Of a DNA stretch of 64,000 nt, positions 8,916 through 16,031 are shown piece after piece. The stretch lies in IMG/VR virus record IMGVR_UViG_3300037258_000590, positions 62,001 through 126,000 of that record; one strand, 5' to 3'. The notes below the pieces were generated by a model, which was given only the letters and a program-made list of their open reading frames with translations, ran no database searches and was not told where the DNA came from. A program made the translations under genes and the position numbers. How positions within the stretch are numbered: the first letter of the stretch is position 1; each line of letters begins with the position of its first letter.

Positions 8916-8989
8916 GTCCAGGTAGCCCAACGGCAGGAGGCACTGCGCTCAGACCGCAGGATGTGCGGGTTCGAATCCCGCCTTGGACA
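8916..8989 (+). tRNA. tRNA-Leu(CAG), short variable loop
   Basis: Loop CT CAG AC, variable GATGT. Confidence 0.85.
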
Positions 8990-9061
8990 CGATGGCGCTG
9001 GAAGGATCACGGCCGCGGGGTCTGCGCGTACCTGGCGGTTCGCCTGCCTTCCCCCATCCTC

Positions 9062-9147
9062 GGAGCATTGGCACAGCGGCAACTGCAGCGCCCTGCTAAG
9101 GCGTACGCCAGGTGACTGGTGCGGAGGTTCGAGTCCTCCATGCTCCG
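9062..9147 (+). tRNA. tRNA-Ser(GCT)
   Basis: Loop CT GCT AA, long variable arm. Confidence 0.92.
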
Positions 9148-9154
9148 CGAACCA

Positions 9155-9239
9155 GGAGGATTCGCCTAGTGGCTTATGGCGCACGCCCGGAAAGCGTGTT
9201 GGGGTAACACCCTCGCAGGTTCAAATCCTGCATCCTCCG
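9155..9239 (+). tRNA. tRNA-Ser(GGA)
   Basis: Loop CC GGA AA (C33), long variable arm. Confidence 0.92.
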
Positions 9240-9247
9240 CTCCCGGC

Positions 9248-9626
9248 CGGAGGCAAGTAACTATCCGGAGTCTCTTGATTCCAGCCCGTAGTTGGAGCTA
9301 TGTTGGCCTTGGGACGTTGGTGAACACTTGGGCTTCAAACGCAGGGAGCTGTCGTGCTGGTGAAAGCCTGCTACGCGGACCTCGGCCCTGCGTGAGAGGA
9401 ACTGGGGTTCGGCGACACGTGAATGGTCAGTCGGTGACTGGCGCTTGTTGTGGGTCTTGAGGTACCCGTAAGCCGCCGGGGAGCCAGACGGGACCGCGGC
9501 CCCTGAAGGGCAGCATGCGACGCGGAACCAGAGGCACCCAGACAGGAGGCATACCCGCCGTCTTCCCGGCAGCGGGTCACTGCCCAGCCAAAGGAACAGC
9601 AATCCCCGGCGCAGGGTCCTCACCCA
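9248..9626 (+). ncRNA. Unassigned ~380-nt structured RNA candidate
   Basis: acgcaggg/ccctgcgt, GG-TGAAAG-CC loop, gtcagtc/gactggc, long-range cgccgggga/tccccggcg; no convincing CDS. Confidence 0.4.
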
Positions 9627-9711
9627 GGAGGATTCGCCTAGTGGCCTATGGCGCCGGCTTTGAATCCCGGTTGGGGTGACACCCTCGCAGGTTCAAATCC
9701 TGCATCCTCCG
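9627..9711 (+). tRNA. tRNA-Ser(TGA)
   Basis: Loop TT TGA AT; near-identical to Ser(GGA) outside the anticodon arm. Confidence 0.88.
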
Positions 9712-9724
9712 CTCGCATCACCCA

Positions 9725-9814
9725 GGAGGGGTAAGCCGAGCTGCGGCCTATCGGCACTTGTCCCGAAAACAAGCTGGGAGCAATCCCGTGTGGGTTCGAG
9801 ACCCACCTCCTCCG
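9725..9814 (+). tRNA. tRNA-Ser(CGA)
   Basis: Loop CC CGA AA (C33), long variable arm. Confidence 0.85.
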
Positions 9815-9951
9815 CGTAATATCCTGATTTCTGCGGGGCGTCCTATAGGCAACGCCGCTCAGACGGTAACAGCGCGGTCGTGCGACCCCCTGAGCAGGCC
9901 AGCCAGCAGGCCGCAGCGAGACTGGCCCCCGCGGTGTACTCGCTTCATCCT

Positions 9952-10025
9952 GGGCCGGCAGCACAGTCGGTTCGTGCAGCTGCCTGATACGCAGACGGGC
10001 GCTGGTTCAATTCCAGCCCGGCCCA
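9952..10025 (+). tRNA. tRNA-Ile(GAT)
   Basis: Loop CT GAT AC. Confidence 0.88.
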
Positions 10026-10031
10026 CTACAC

Positions 10032-10105
10032 GGCGGTATAGCTCAGTCCGGCAGAGCGATCCCCCCATAAGGGAGAGGCCGGTGGATCGAAGCCACCTAC
10101 CGCTA
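10032..10105 (+). tRNA. tRNA-CAT (elongator Met, or Ile2)
   Basis: Loop CC CAT AA (C33); T-loop ATCGAAG. Confidence 0.8.
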
Positions 10106-10115
10106 CGCAGTTCCC

Positions 10116-10190
10116 GGGCCAGTGGCCAATATGGTGACGGCGCCCGTCTTATATACGGGAAATGTGCAGGTTCAACCCCTGCCTGGCCCA
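10116..10190 (+). tRNA. tRNA-Ile(TAT)
   Basis: Stem CCCGT/ACGGG, loop CT TAT AT; GGGCCAG/CTGGCCC acceptor, A73. Confidence 0.82.
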
Positions 10191-10241
10191 CGAAAGGAAT
10201 TTCCGTGAACGCTAAACGACCCCTGCGAATATGACTCGCAG

Positions 10242-10314
10242 GAGCCGGTAGCTCAGCGGTATGAGCGGCGGGCCTTTAACCCGCGCGACCTGGGTTCGAA
10301 TCCCAGCCGGCCCA
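10242..10314 (+). tRNA. tRNA-Lys(TTT)
   Basis: Loop CC TTT AA (C33). Confidence 0.88.
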
Positions 10315-10321
10315 CGATCAC

Positions 10322-10395
10322 GCGCTGGTAGCTCAGCTGGACAGAGCGACCGTCTTCTAAGCGGCAGGCCCAGGGTTCGAATCCCTGCCGGCGCA
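10322..10395 (+). tRNA. tRNA-Arg(TCT)
   Basis: Loop CT TCT AA. Confidence 0.92.
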
Positions 10396-10482
10396 CATGA
10401 ACGGCCGCGCTAAAAGACGGCCCGGTGGAACGGGGCACGTGACCCTGGACTCACAGCGAGCGTCCGTCAAGCGCGAGCACAC

Positions 10483-10555
10483 GCTCCGTTGGAGTAACGG
10501 ACATCTCACCTGGCCCTCAACCAGGAGACTGCCGGTTCGATCCCGGCACGGAGCA
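10483..10555 (+). tRNA. tRNA-Glu(CTC)
   Basis: Loop CC CTC AA (C33). Confidence 0.9.
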
Positions 10556-10566
10556 CGCAGTAACCA

Positions 10567-10639
10567 GGCCCCATGGAGCTACTGGCTAAGCCACCGGTCT
10601 TTCACACCGGAGAAGACGGGTCGGAACCGTCTGGGGTCA
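10567..10639 (+). tRNA. tRNA-Glu(TTC), atypical T-loop
   Basis: Loop CT TTC AC; T-loop GTCGGAA. Confidence 0.75.
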
Positions 10640-10640
10640 C

Positions 10641-10714
10641 TGCGGGGTGCAGCAGTTAGGTAGCTGACTGGGCTCATAATCCAGAAGACGCGGGTTCAAA
10701 TCCCGCCCCCGCTA
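10641..10714 (+). tRNA. Initiator-like tRNA-fMet(CAT)
   Basis: 1-72 mismatch, GCGGGG acceptor, CTGGG CTCATAA TCCAG anticodon arm. Confidence 0.85.
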
Positions 10715-10718
10715 CTAT

Positions 10719-10789
10719 TCTGGTATCCGTTAACGGTAAACGAGCAGACTGTTAATCTGTCCCTCCTGGTTCGAATCCAGGTACCAGAG
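10719..10789 (+). tRNA. tRNA-Asn(GTT)
   Basis: Loop CT GTT AA. Confidence 0.88.
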
Positions 10790-10865
10790 CGAGGTGCCGC
10801 AAGCCGCTGCACGAAACCGCCACGTGGCCTCATACGGCGGGGAATTGCCCTTTCGCAGCACCCTA

Positions 10866-10942
10866 GGTGACGTAGCACAACCGGCCAGTGCCCCACCCTG
10901 TCACGGTGGATTGTGCGGGTTCGAATCCCGTCGTCATCGCCA
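10866..10942 (+). tRNA. tRNA-Asp(GTC) with encoded CCA
   Basis: Loop CT GTC AC. Confidence 0.92.
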
Positions 10943-10950
10943 GCAATCAG

Positions 10951-11270
10951 GCCGGGTGCAGCCTGCCGCGGATCGTCGCGTGCGCACCCTGACAGCGGGT
11001 GCCGGCGGCGGCAGAGCGGTCTTACGGCTGCACCCGGCCCTCACCAGGTAAGAGCCGCTCACGGCCCGGACCTGACACACGAACGCAAGACTCAGGGCGG
11101 CTGGTTACGCGATCGCACCCTGACATCCGGAACTGGCCGGAACGATCAACCTGAGTGACCGGCCCGAGACGGCGGCGCCATTCCCAGGGATTAAGCGGGA
11201 CAGCTTTCCCGGACCGCGTAAAGCACAGACCGCATTCCGGCCCCAGCAGGCATTGCACACGCCGGAAGCT
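10951..11270 (+). ncRNA. Unassigned structured RNA candidate with possible pseudoknot
   Basis: 13-bp stem gccgggtgcagcc/ggctgcacccggc; internal gagcggtcttac is complementary to downstream gtaagagccgctc. Confidence 0.4.
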
Positions 11271-11277
11271 TACATAC

Positions 11278-11349
11278 GGGCGGCTGGCGCAGCGGCAGCG
11301 CGCTACCCCGACACGGTAGAGGCCACTGGTTCAAATCCAGTGCCGCCCA
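11278..11349 (+). tRNA. tRNA-Val(GAC)
   Basis: Loop CC GAC AC (C33). Confidence 0.92.
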
Positions 11350-11361
11350 CGTAGTATCCAT

Positions 11362-11434
11362 GCGCCCGCAGCACGACGGATCGTGCAGACGGCTACGAAC
11401 CGGAAGGGTGGGAGTTCGAATCTCTCCGGGCGCG
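11362..11434 (+). tRNA. tRNA-Arg(ACG)
   Basis: Loop CT ACG AA. Confidence 0.88.
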
Positions 11435-11445
11435 CGTAATACCAA

Positions 11446-11517
11446 GGGCGGTTGGCGCAGCGGCAGCGCGGCTCGTTCACACCGAGTAGGCCGCAGGTTC
11501 GATCCCTGCACCGCCCA
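11446..11517 (+). tRNA. tRNA-Val(CAC)
   Basis: Loop TT CAC AC. Confidence 0.92.
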
Positions 11518-11591
11518 CTAGCTGACGAGAAGCAGGATTGCGGTCGCGACGGCGACCAGGGGTCCGAGTCCCCGTTCTCGTCAGCCCACAT

Positions 11592-11665
11592 GGCGGCCGA
11601 AGCCAAACAGGCTGAGGCACTGGACTGTGAATCCAGGTAAGCGGGTTCAAGTCCCGCCGGTCGCC
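11592..11665 (+). tRNA. tRNA-His(GTG)
   Basis: G-1/C73, loop CT GTG AA. Confidence 0.92.
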
Positions 11666-11669
11666 CCGC

Positions 11670-11750
11670 GGGTCGTTGGCAGAGCGGACGATTGCGCCTG
11701 GCTGTAAACCAGGTTCTCCGGACACGGTGGTTCAAATCCATCACGGCCCA
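11670..11750 (+). tRNA. tRNA-Tyr(GTA)
   Basis: Loop CT GTA AA, variable arm. Confidence 0.92.
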
Positions 11751-11764
11751 CGTAACCCGGTGGC

Positions 11765-12007
11765 ATGATGGCTGTCGTGGATATCACGATCATGTACCGC
11801 AAAGACGCCGACCACCCGCAGCACGGCGGCAGCGGCGGTGAGGAGTGGCGCATCGAAGCCGTAGGCATCGAAGGCTATGACGGCGACCGGTGCGTTCAGG
11901 CTGTGCTGGATGCGGGCGCGCTGATGAAATCCGCCGCGTACGGAAATGCGCGGTTGATCGTGGAAGGGCTGCGCGGCGCCAGCCCGGATGCTGTGGCAGG
12001 TGCATGA
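11765..12007 (+). CDS. Hypothetical protein
   Basis: 80-aa ORF in tRNA-array gap. Confidence 0.45.
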   Translation: MMAVVDITIMYRKDADHPQHGGSGGEEWRIEAVGIEGYDGDRCVQAVLDAGALMKSAAYGNARLIVEGLRGASPDAVAGA

Positions 12008-12086
12008 ATGCGCACCGGCCTGGGACTGCTGGCAAGTCTGCAGCCGGAAGCCCAGGCCCTGCCGTTAGCACAGCACGTATGGCAGG

Positions 12087-12353
12087 ATGACCCGCATGGA
12101 ACTGACGCAGCTGGCCCCGCCGGGCCACGGGCTTATCTCCAAGCTGACCGCTGACGATGGCGATTTCCGGGTTACCTGGGATCCCGGCAACCCGGAGGAG
12201 ACCGAGAACGCCCGGCAGGCTTTCGCTGACCTGCGCCGCAGCGGGTACGCAATCCACCGGGTGGAAGGCGGGCGCCGGGAGGTGATCCGTGAGTTCGATC
12301 CGGCGGCCGGAGCCATGCAGCTCGTGGCGCACCGGCCGAACCGCGGCGGCTTA
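12087..12353 (+). CDS. Small phage protein apparently ending in Gly-Gly; expected stop reads TTA
   Basis: ...RVTWDPGNPEE...EVIREFDPAAGAMQLVAHRPNRGG then TTA TC ATG of the next gene; the frame stays open to 12845. Confidence 0.5.
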
Positions 12354-12355
12354 TC

Positions 12356-12985
12356 ATGCCCGCGGGAGAGTTCCGGTACTGCCGTGATCCGGAAGCTGCG
12401 TGGCTGGCCAGCGGCAACAGCATGCCCGCAAGTACGGACCCGGCAACCAGGTTCTTCACGTGGTCTGCTGCTGGTTCCGGTGTCATCTGCACGACCGGGA
12501 ATACCGCATCCGGTACGGTTATCGTTTACAGCCCGGACGGGAGTGCAGGCCTGTGGTACGGCACGTTCCCTTCCGGCCCTGGCTCAGGACTACCGCAGGC
12601 ACAGATTGAGCAGCTGGTCGCGGAACACCAGCGCGAGGCGGAAAAAGCTGCCGCGCGCCGCCAGGTCGCTGATGCCAGGGCGCACCAGTTGCTGCTGTCC
12701 CTGCTCGATGAAATCCAGGCAGCGGATTACGCGCAGCATGGCTGGTTCGAGCTGCGCGGCTCGGCAGGCGGCTGGTGGCGCATCCGCGGAGCCGGCCAGG
12801 CGGGGAACGTTGATGAACTGGAAGCTTCAGGCGGCGAGCGGATAGCGTCCTGGTGCTGTCATCCGCCAGGCGCCCTGCCGGACGCTGACGCGTACATCGC
12901 CCAGATGCTGCACCTGGCTGCTGACGAGCCTGGGTTCCGGGCCGCCGGCAACAGGACCGGGCGGCGCCAGCCTGCCGCAGCGTGA
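12356..12985 (+). CDS. Hypothetical phage protein
   Basis: RAHQLLLSLL...FELRGSAGGWWRI...CCHPPGALPDAD..AQMLHL..DEPGF. Confidence 0.6.
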   Translation: MPAGEFRYCRDPEAAWLASGNSMPASTDPATRFFTWSAAGSGVICTTGNTASGTVIVYSPDGSAGLWYGTFPSGPGSGLPQAQIEQLVAEHQREAEKAAARRQVADARAHQLLLSLLDEIQAADYAQHGWFELRGSAGGWWRIRGAGQAGNVDELEASGGERIASWCCHPPGALPDADAYIAQMLHLAADEPGFRAAGNRTGRRQPAAA

Positions 12986-12989
12986 TCTA

Positions 12990-13061
12990 GCGCCTATCGT
13001 CCAACGGACAGGGCTCTGGCCCCCGAAGCCAGCGATGCAGGTTCGAATCCTGCTGGGCGCG
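12990..13061 (+). tRNA. tRNA-Arg(CCG)
   Basis: Loop CC CCG AA (C33). Confidence 0.9.
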
Positions 13062-13134
13062 CTGGTACCCCGTGAAGCCTCGTGCTAGCTGCGGGCTCCG
13101 CGTGAACGCCCCGCTGCTGAACGGGGTACCTCCT

Positions 13135-13207
13135 GGCGGCATGGCTGAACGGACAGGCCCGCGTCTGCAAAACGTGCGCTAACCCGGTTCGACTCCGGGT
13201 GCCGCTT
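13135..13207 (+). tRNA. tRNA-Cys(GCA)
   Basis: Loop CT GCA AA, U73. Confidence 0.9.
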
Positions 13208-13211
13208 CTGA

Positions 13212-13284
13212 TGGCTCGTAGTCCAGCGGACGAGGGCACCGGCCTCCTAAGCCGGGGGCGCGGGTTCGATTCCCGCCGGGCCAG
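13212..13284 (+). tRNA. tRNA-Arg(CCT)
   Basis: Loop CT CCT AA. Confidence 0.9.
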
Positions 13285-13322
13285 CAATTCCAGGGCGCTC
13301 ACGCTATGATCGTGGTTCCGTA

Positions 13323-13401
13323 CCTTCCCGGTGCGCTAGCTGGCGGTTACTTCATCATTCTGGATGCGAATCGTGCCGCTGGCGTCTCGATCTCGGGGAG
13401 G
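13323..13401 (+). ncRNA. Y RNA-like 1 (short, no tRNA domain)
   Basis: Terminal helix ccttcccg/cggggagg; shared CGGTGCG...GGTTACTTC...GATCTCGG motifs; upstream of Ro60. Confidence 0.65.
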
Positions 13402-13419
13402 ACTGACCGCGAAACAGTG

Positions 13420-13561
13420 TCTTCCGGTGCGCAGGCAAGCGGGTACTTCGCTGACCATCCAATTTCAGCGGGTAGCTCAGTGGCAGAGCACTCGGCTGAG
13501 CCGAGAGGTCGCGGGTTCGAATCCCGCCCTACGTCCCGCCGCCGATCTTGATCTCGGAAGA
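13420..13561 (+). ncRNA. Y RNA-like 2 (tRNA domain in canonical D-anticodon-T order)
   Basis: tcttccg/cggaaga terminal helix, CGGTGCGCAGG...TTGATCTCGG; internal TAGCTCAGTGGCAGAGC, 5-nt-loop arm and GGGTTCGAATCCC. Confidence 0.75.
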
Positions 13562-13587
13562 ATGCGCGTACAACTGAATACTCCGCA

Positions 13588-13700
13588 CCTCCCGGTGCGA
13601 TTGCTGCGGGTTACTTCGTGGTTCGATTCCGCGCAGTCAGCTTGCCTGGCTGCTGCCCGACTGGCTTGGGCTATCCTGCAGCGCCTTTGACCTCGGGAGG
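13588..13700 (+). ncRNA. Y RNA-like 3 (YrlA-type permuted T-AS-D)
   Basis: cctcccg/cgggagg helix; GGTTCGATTCC T-arm, closed acceptor-like hairpin, D-like arm. Confidence 0.7.
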
Positions 13701-13715
13701 AGCACGCGTCACGGC

Positions 13716-13844
13716 GTGCCCGGTGCGCAGGTGAGGAGTTCTTCTCCTGTTAGAGAAAGATGCGGGTTCGAATCCCGCCGCGGCTCCGGCCGTGTAGCTC
13801 AATGGCAGAGCATCTGACCGCCTCGCCGACCTGATCTCGGGCAC
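13716..13844 (+). ncRNA. Y RNA-like 4 (YrlA-type permuted T-AS-D)
   Basis: gtgcccg/cgggcac helix; GCGGGTTCGAATCCCGC, then cgcggc-tccg-gccgtg, then TAGCTCAATGGCAGAGC. Confidence 0.8.
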
Positions 13845-13897
13845 TATCCGTGACGCCCGCTCCTCCTGCCAGCACAGCAAGCGAGAGGAGCATTTTC

Positions 13898-15577
13898 ATG
13901 TCCAGGTACAACACCCCGGCAGCCAAGGCTGCTGTGCGCAGCCCGGTCACGTCAGAAGCCACCCCGAGCGGCCAGACGTACGAAGGCGCACCCGGGTACG
14001 CGCGTGACGCTCGCGGCGAGCTTTTCCTTTTGTCGGTCGCCTACATGGGCGCGGATGGCGCATTCTACGAAACCAGCACCCAGCGCGATACCCGGTTCGC
14101 GAACCTGGTCCGCCAGGTCGCTGTCGAAGACCCGGCATGGATGGCGGGTTTCGTCCCGTGGCTGCGCAACGGCGCGCACATGCGCACCGCGTCGGTGGTC
14201 GCCGCGGCCGAGGCGCTGCAGGCCATGCTCGCCGCCGGGCTGCCGGGCGGCCGGGCGCTCATCTCCGCAGCGCTCCAGCGGGCTGATGAGCCGGGTGAGC
14301 TGCTGGCCTACTGGCACGGCCGGTACGGGCGCAATGAGCCCAAGCCGCTCAAGCGCGGCATCGCCGACGCGATCGTCCGGTTGTACTCGGAGTTCAGCCT
14401 GCTTCGCTATGACACGGACTCGCACGGCTACCGGTTCGGCGACGTAATCGAACGCGTTCACGTCACCGGGGAGCACCCGGAGGTCAAGGGCACCTGGCGG
14501 GGTGCGCTGTACGGGCACGCCATCGACCGGCGCCACGGCCGGGACAACCCGGTGCCAGGCGAGCTGCGGATGGTCGGCGCGAACGCCATCCTGCGGGTGC
14601 GGGCCGCGAGAGACCCATCCGTCCTGCTTAACACAGGCGCGCTGCGGGCTGCCGGCATGACATGGGAAGACACCTTGTCGCTGGCCGGGAGCCGGGTGGA
14701 CAAGGCGAAGCTGTGGTCCGCGCTGATCCCGTCGATGAGCTTCATGGCGTGCTTGCGCAATCTGCGCAACTTCGATGAGGCCGGCGTCCCGGACGAGGTG
14801 ACGGCAACCGTGGCGGCCCGGCTGAGCGATCCGGAGCAGGTCGCGAAGTCCCGGCAGTTCCCGTTCCGGTTCCTGGCCGCGTACCGGGCGGCGCCGTCGC
14901 TACGCTGGGCCTACCCGCTGGAGCAAGCACTCAACTTGTCGCTGGCGAACGTGCCAGCATTGCCGGGCCGCACGCTGGTCCTGGTCGACCGGTCCCTGTC
15001 CATGTGGAGCGCGAAGATGAGCACCCATTCGGACATGCCGTGGGCTGATGCTGCGGCCATCTTCGGCGCGGCCGTGGCTAGCCGTGCCGCGCACGCCGAC
15101 CTGGCGGAATTTTCCAGCCGCTCCGCGCGGATCGAATTCAGCCGCGCCGAATCCGTGCTGCGGATCATCGGGCGGTTTCACGCCGGCGACAGTCCAGGCA
15201 GCATCATCGGGACCGGGACAGACATCCCGCGTGCCGTTCGCGATAACCTGCGCCCGGATCACGCTCGGGTGGTGATCGTCACCGATGAGCAGAGCGAGCC
15301 AGGCATCCTGCCGTCCAACATCTACGGCGGCTACAGCAGCGACGCGATGCCGCCTACCCGGATCGATGATCTCATTCCGGCCTCTGTGCCGGTGTACCTG
15401 TGGAACATCGGCGGCTACAAGCGCGGTGTTCTCCCTTCAGGAAGCGGTAGCCGGCACACGTTCGGCGGCCTGACCGATTCCGCCTTCGAGATGATCAGCT
15501 TGCTCGAAGCACGACGGGACGCGCACTGGCCGTGGGCACCGGCGCTGCTCGCGGATCACAGCCGCGGCAGCGTCTGA
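13898..15577 (+). CDS. Ro60-like TROVE-domain RNA-binding protein with C-terminal VWA
   Basis: GAGGAG RBS; ARDARGELFLL, DTRFANLVRQVAVEDP, GAHMRTASVV, MACLRNLRNF, SRQFPFRFLAAY, VLVDRSLSM, IVTDEQ. Confidence 0.9.
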   Translation: MSRYNTPAAKAAVRSPVTSEATPSGQTYEGAPGYARDARGELFLLSVAYMGADGAFYETSTQRDTRFANLVRQVAVEDPAWMAGFVPWLRNGAHMRTASVVAAAEALQAMLAAGLPGGRALISAALQRADEPGELLAYWHGRYGRNEPKPLKRGIADAIVRLYSEFSLLRYDTDSHGYRFGDVIERVHVTGEHPEVKGTWRGALYGHAIDRRHGRDNPVPGELRMVGANAILRVRAARDPSVLLNTGALRAAGMTWEDTLSLAGSRVDKAKLWSALIPSMSFMACLRNLRNFDEAGVPDEVTATVAARLSDPEQVAKSRQFPFRFLAAYRAAPSLRWAYPLEQALNLSLANVPALPGRTLVLVDRSLSMWSAKMSTHSDMPWADAAAIFGAAVASRAAHADLAEFSSRSARIEFSRAESVLRIIGRFHAGDSPGSIIGTGTDIPRAVRDNLRPDHARVVIVTDEQSEPGILPSNIYGGYSSDAMPPTRIDDLIPASVPVYLWNIGGYKRGVLPSGSGSRHTFGGLTDSAFEMISLLEARRDAHWPWAPALLADHSRGSV

Positions 15578-15766
15578 GCAGGAGAACAGCACGACGGCCG
15601 GCTCCCGGCTACCACCCCGGGGGCCGGCCATCGCTACGCCGGGCTCGGCAGCCGGGCGTACCATTTCATGCTACCCGCGCCATTTCCAGGTAATGCACGT
15701 GCATCCGTGCTATAGTGGCAGGACAGAGCGGTCAGCATCAGGCTGCCGCCTGAGAGGGGAGATCAC

Positions 15767-15964
15767 ATGCGTCACGCCATCGCGAAGGTTCTCGTTGCCG
15801 CCGCGGCCTTCGCCGGAGCAGGTGCCCTGGCGGTACCCGCCGCATCAGCCGCCCCCGCGGTGAACCACTGCCCGCTGTGGGCCAACCCGGTCCTGCACCC
15901 GACGACCCACCCGGCCCTCGGGATCCCGGGGTATCCGCACTGTTACGCGAACGAGCACCTGTAA
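15767..15964 (+). CDS. Small secreted protein
   Basis: Signal peptide ending ASA-A, two Cys; GAGGGG RBS; TG-C-TATAGT extended -10 at 15708-15716. Confidence 0.6.
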   Translation: MRHAIAKVLVAAAAFAGAGALAVPAASAAPAVNHCPLWANPVLHPTTHPALGIPGYPHCYANEHL

Positions 15965-16031
15965 CCAGTGCGGAACCAGGCGCCCGGCACTTCATCAGGA
16001 GGTGCCGGGCGCTACCGCGTACACTAGCACC

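Noticed and set aside
5614-11270. tmRNA, RNase P RNA or SRP RNA in the intergenic gaps
   Set aside because: Their hallmark motifs were not found by eye
5267-11760. Most ORF-track ORFs over the tRNA array
   Set aside because: They overlap tRNA genes and have no protein motifs; typical high-GC spurious frames
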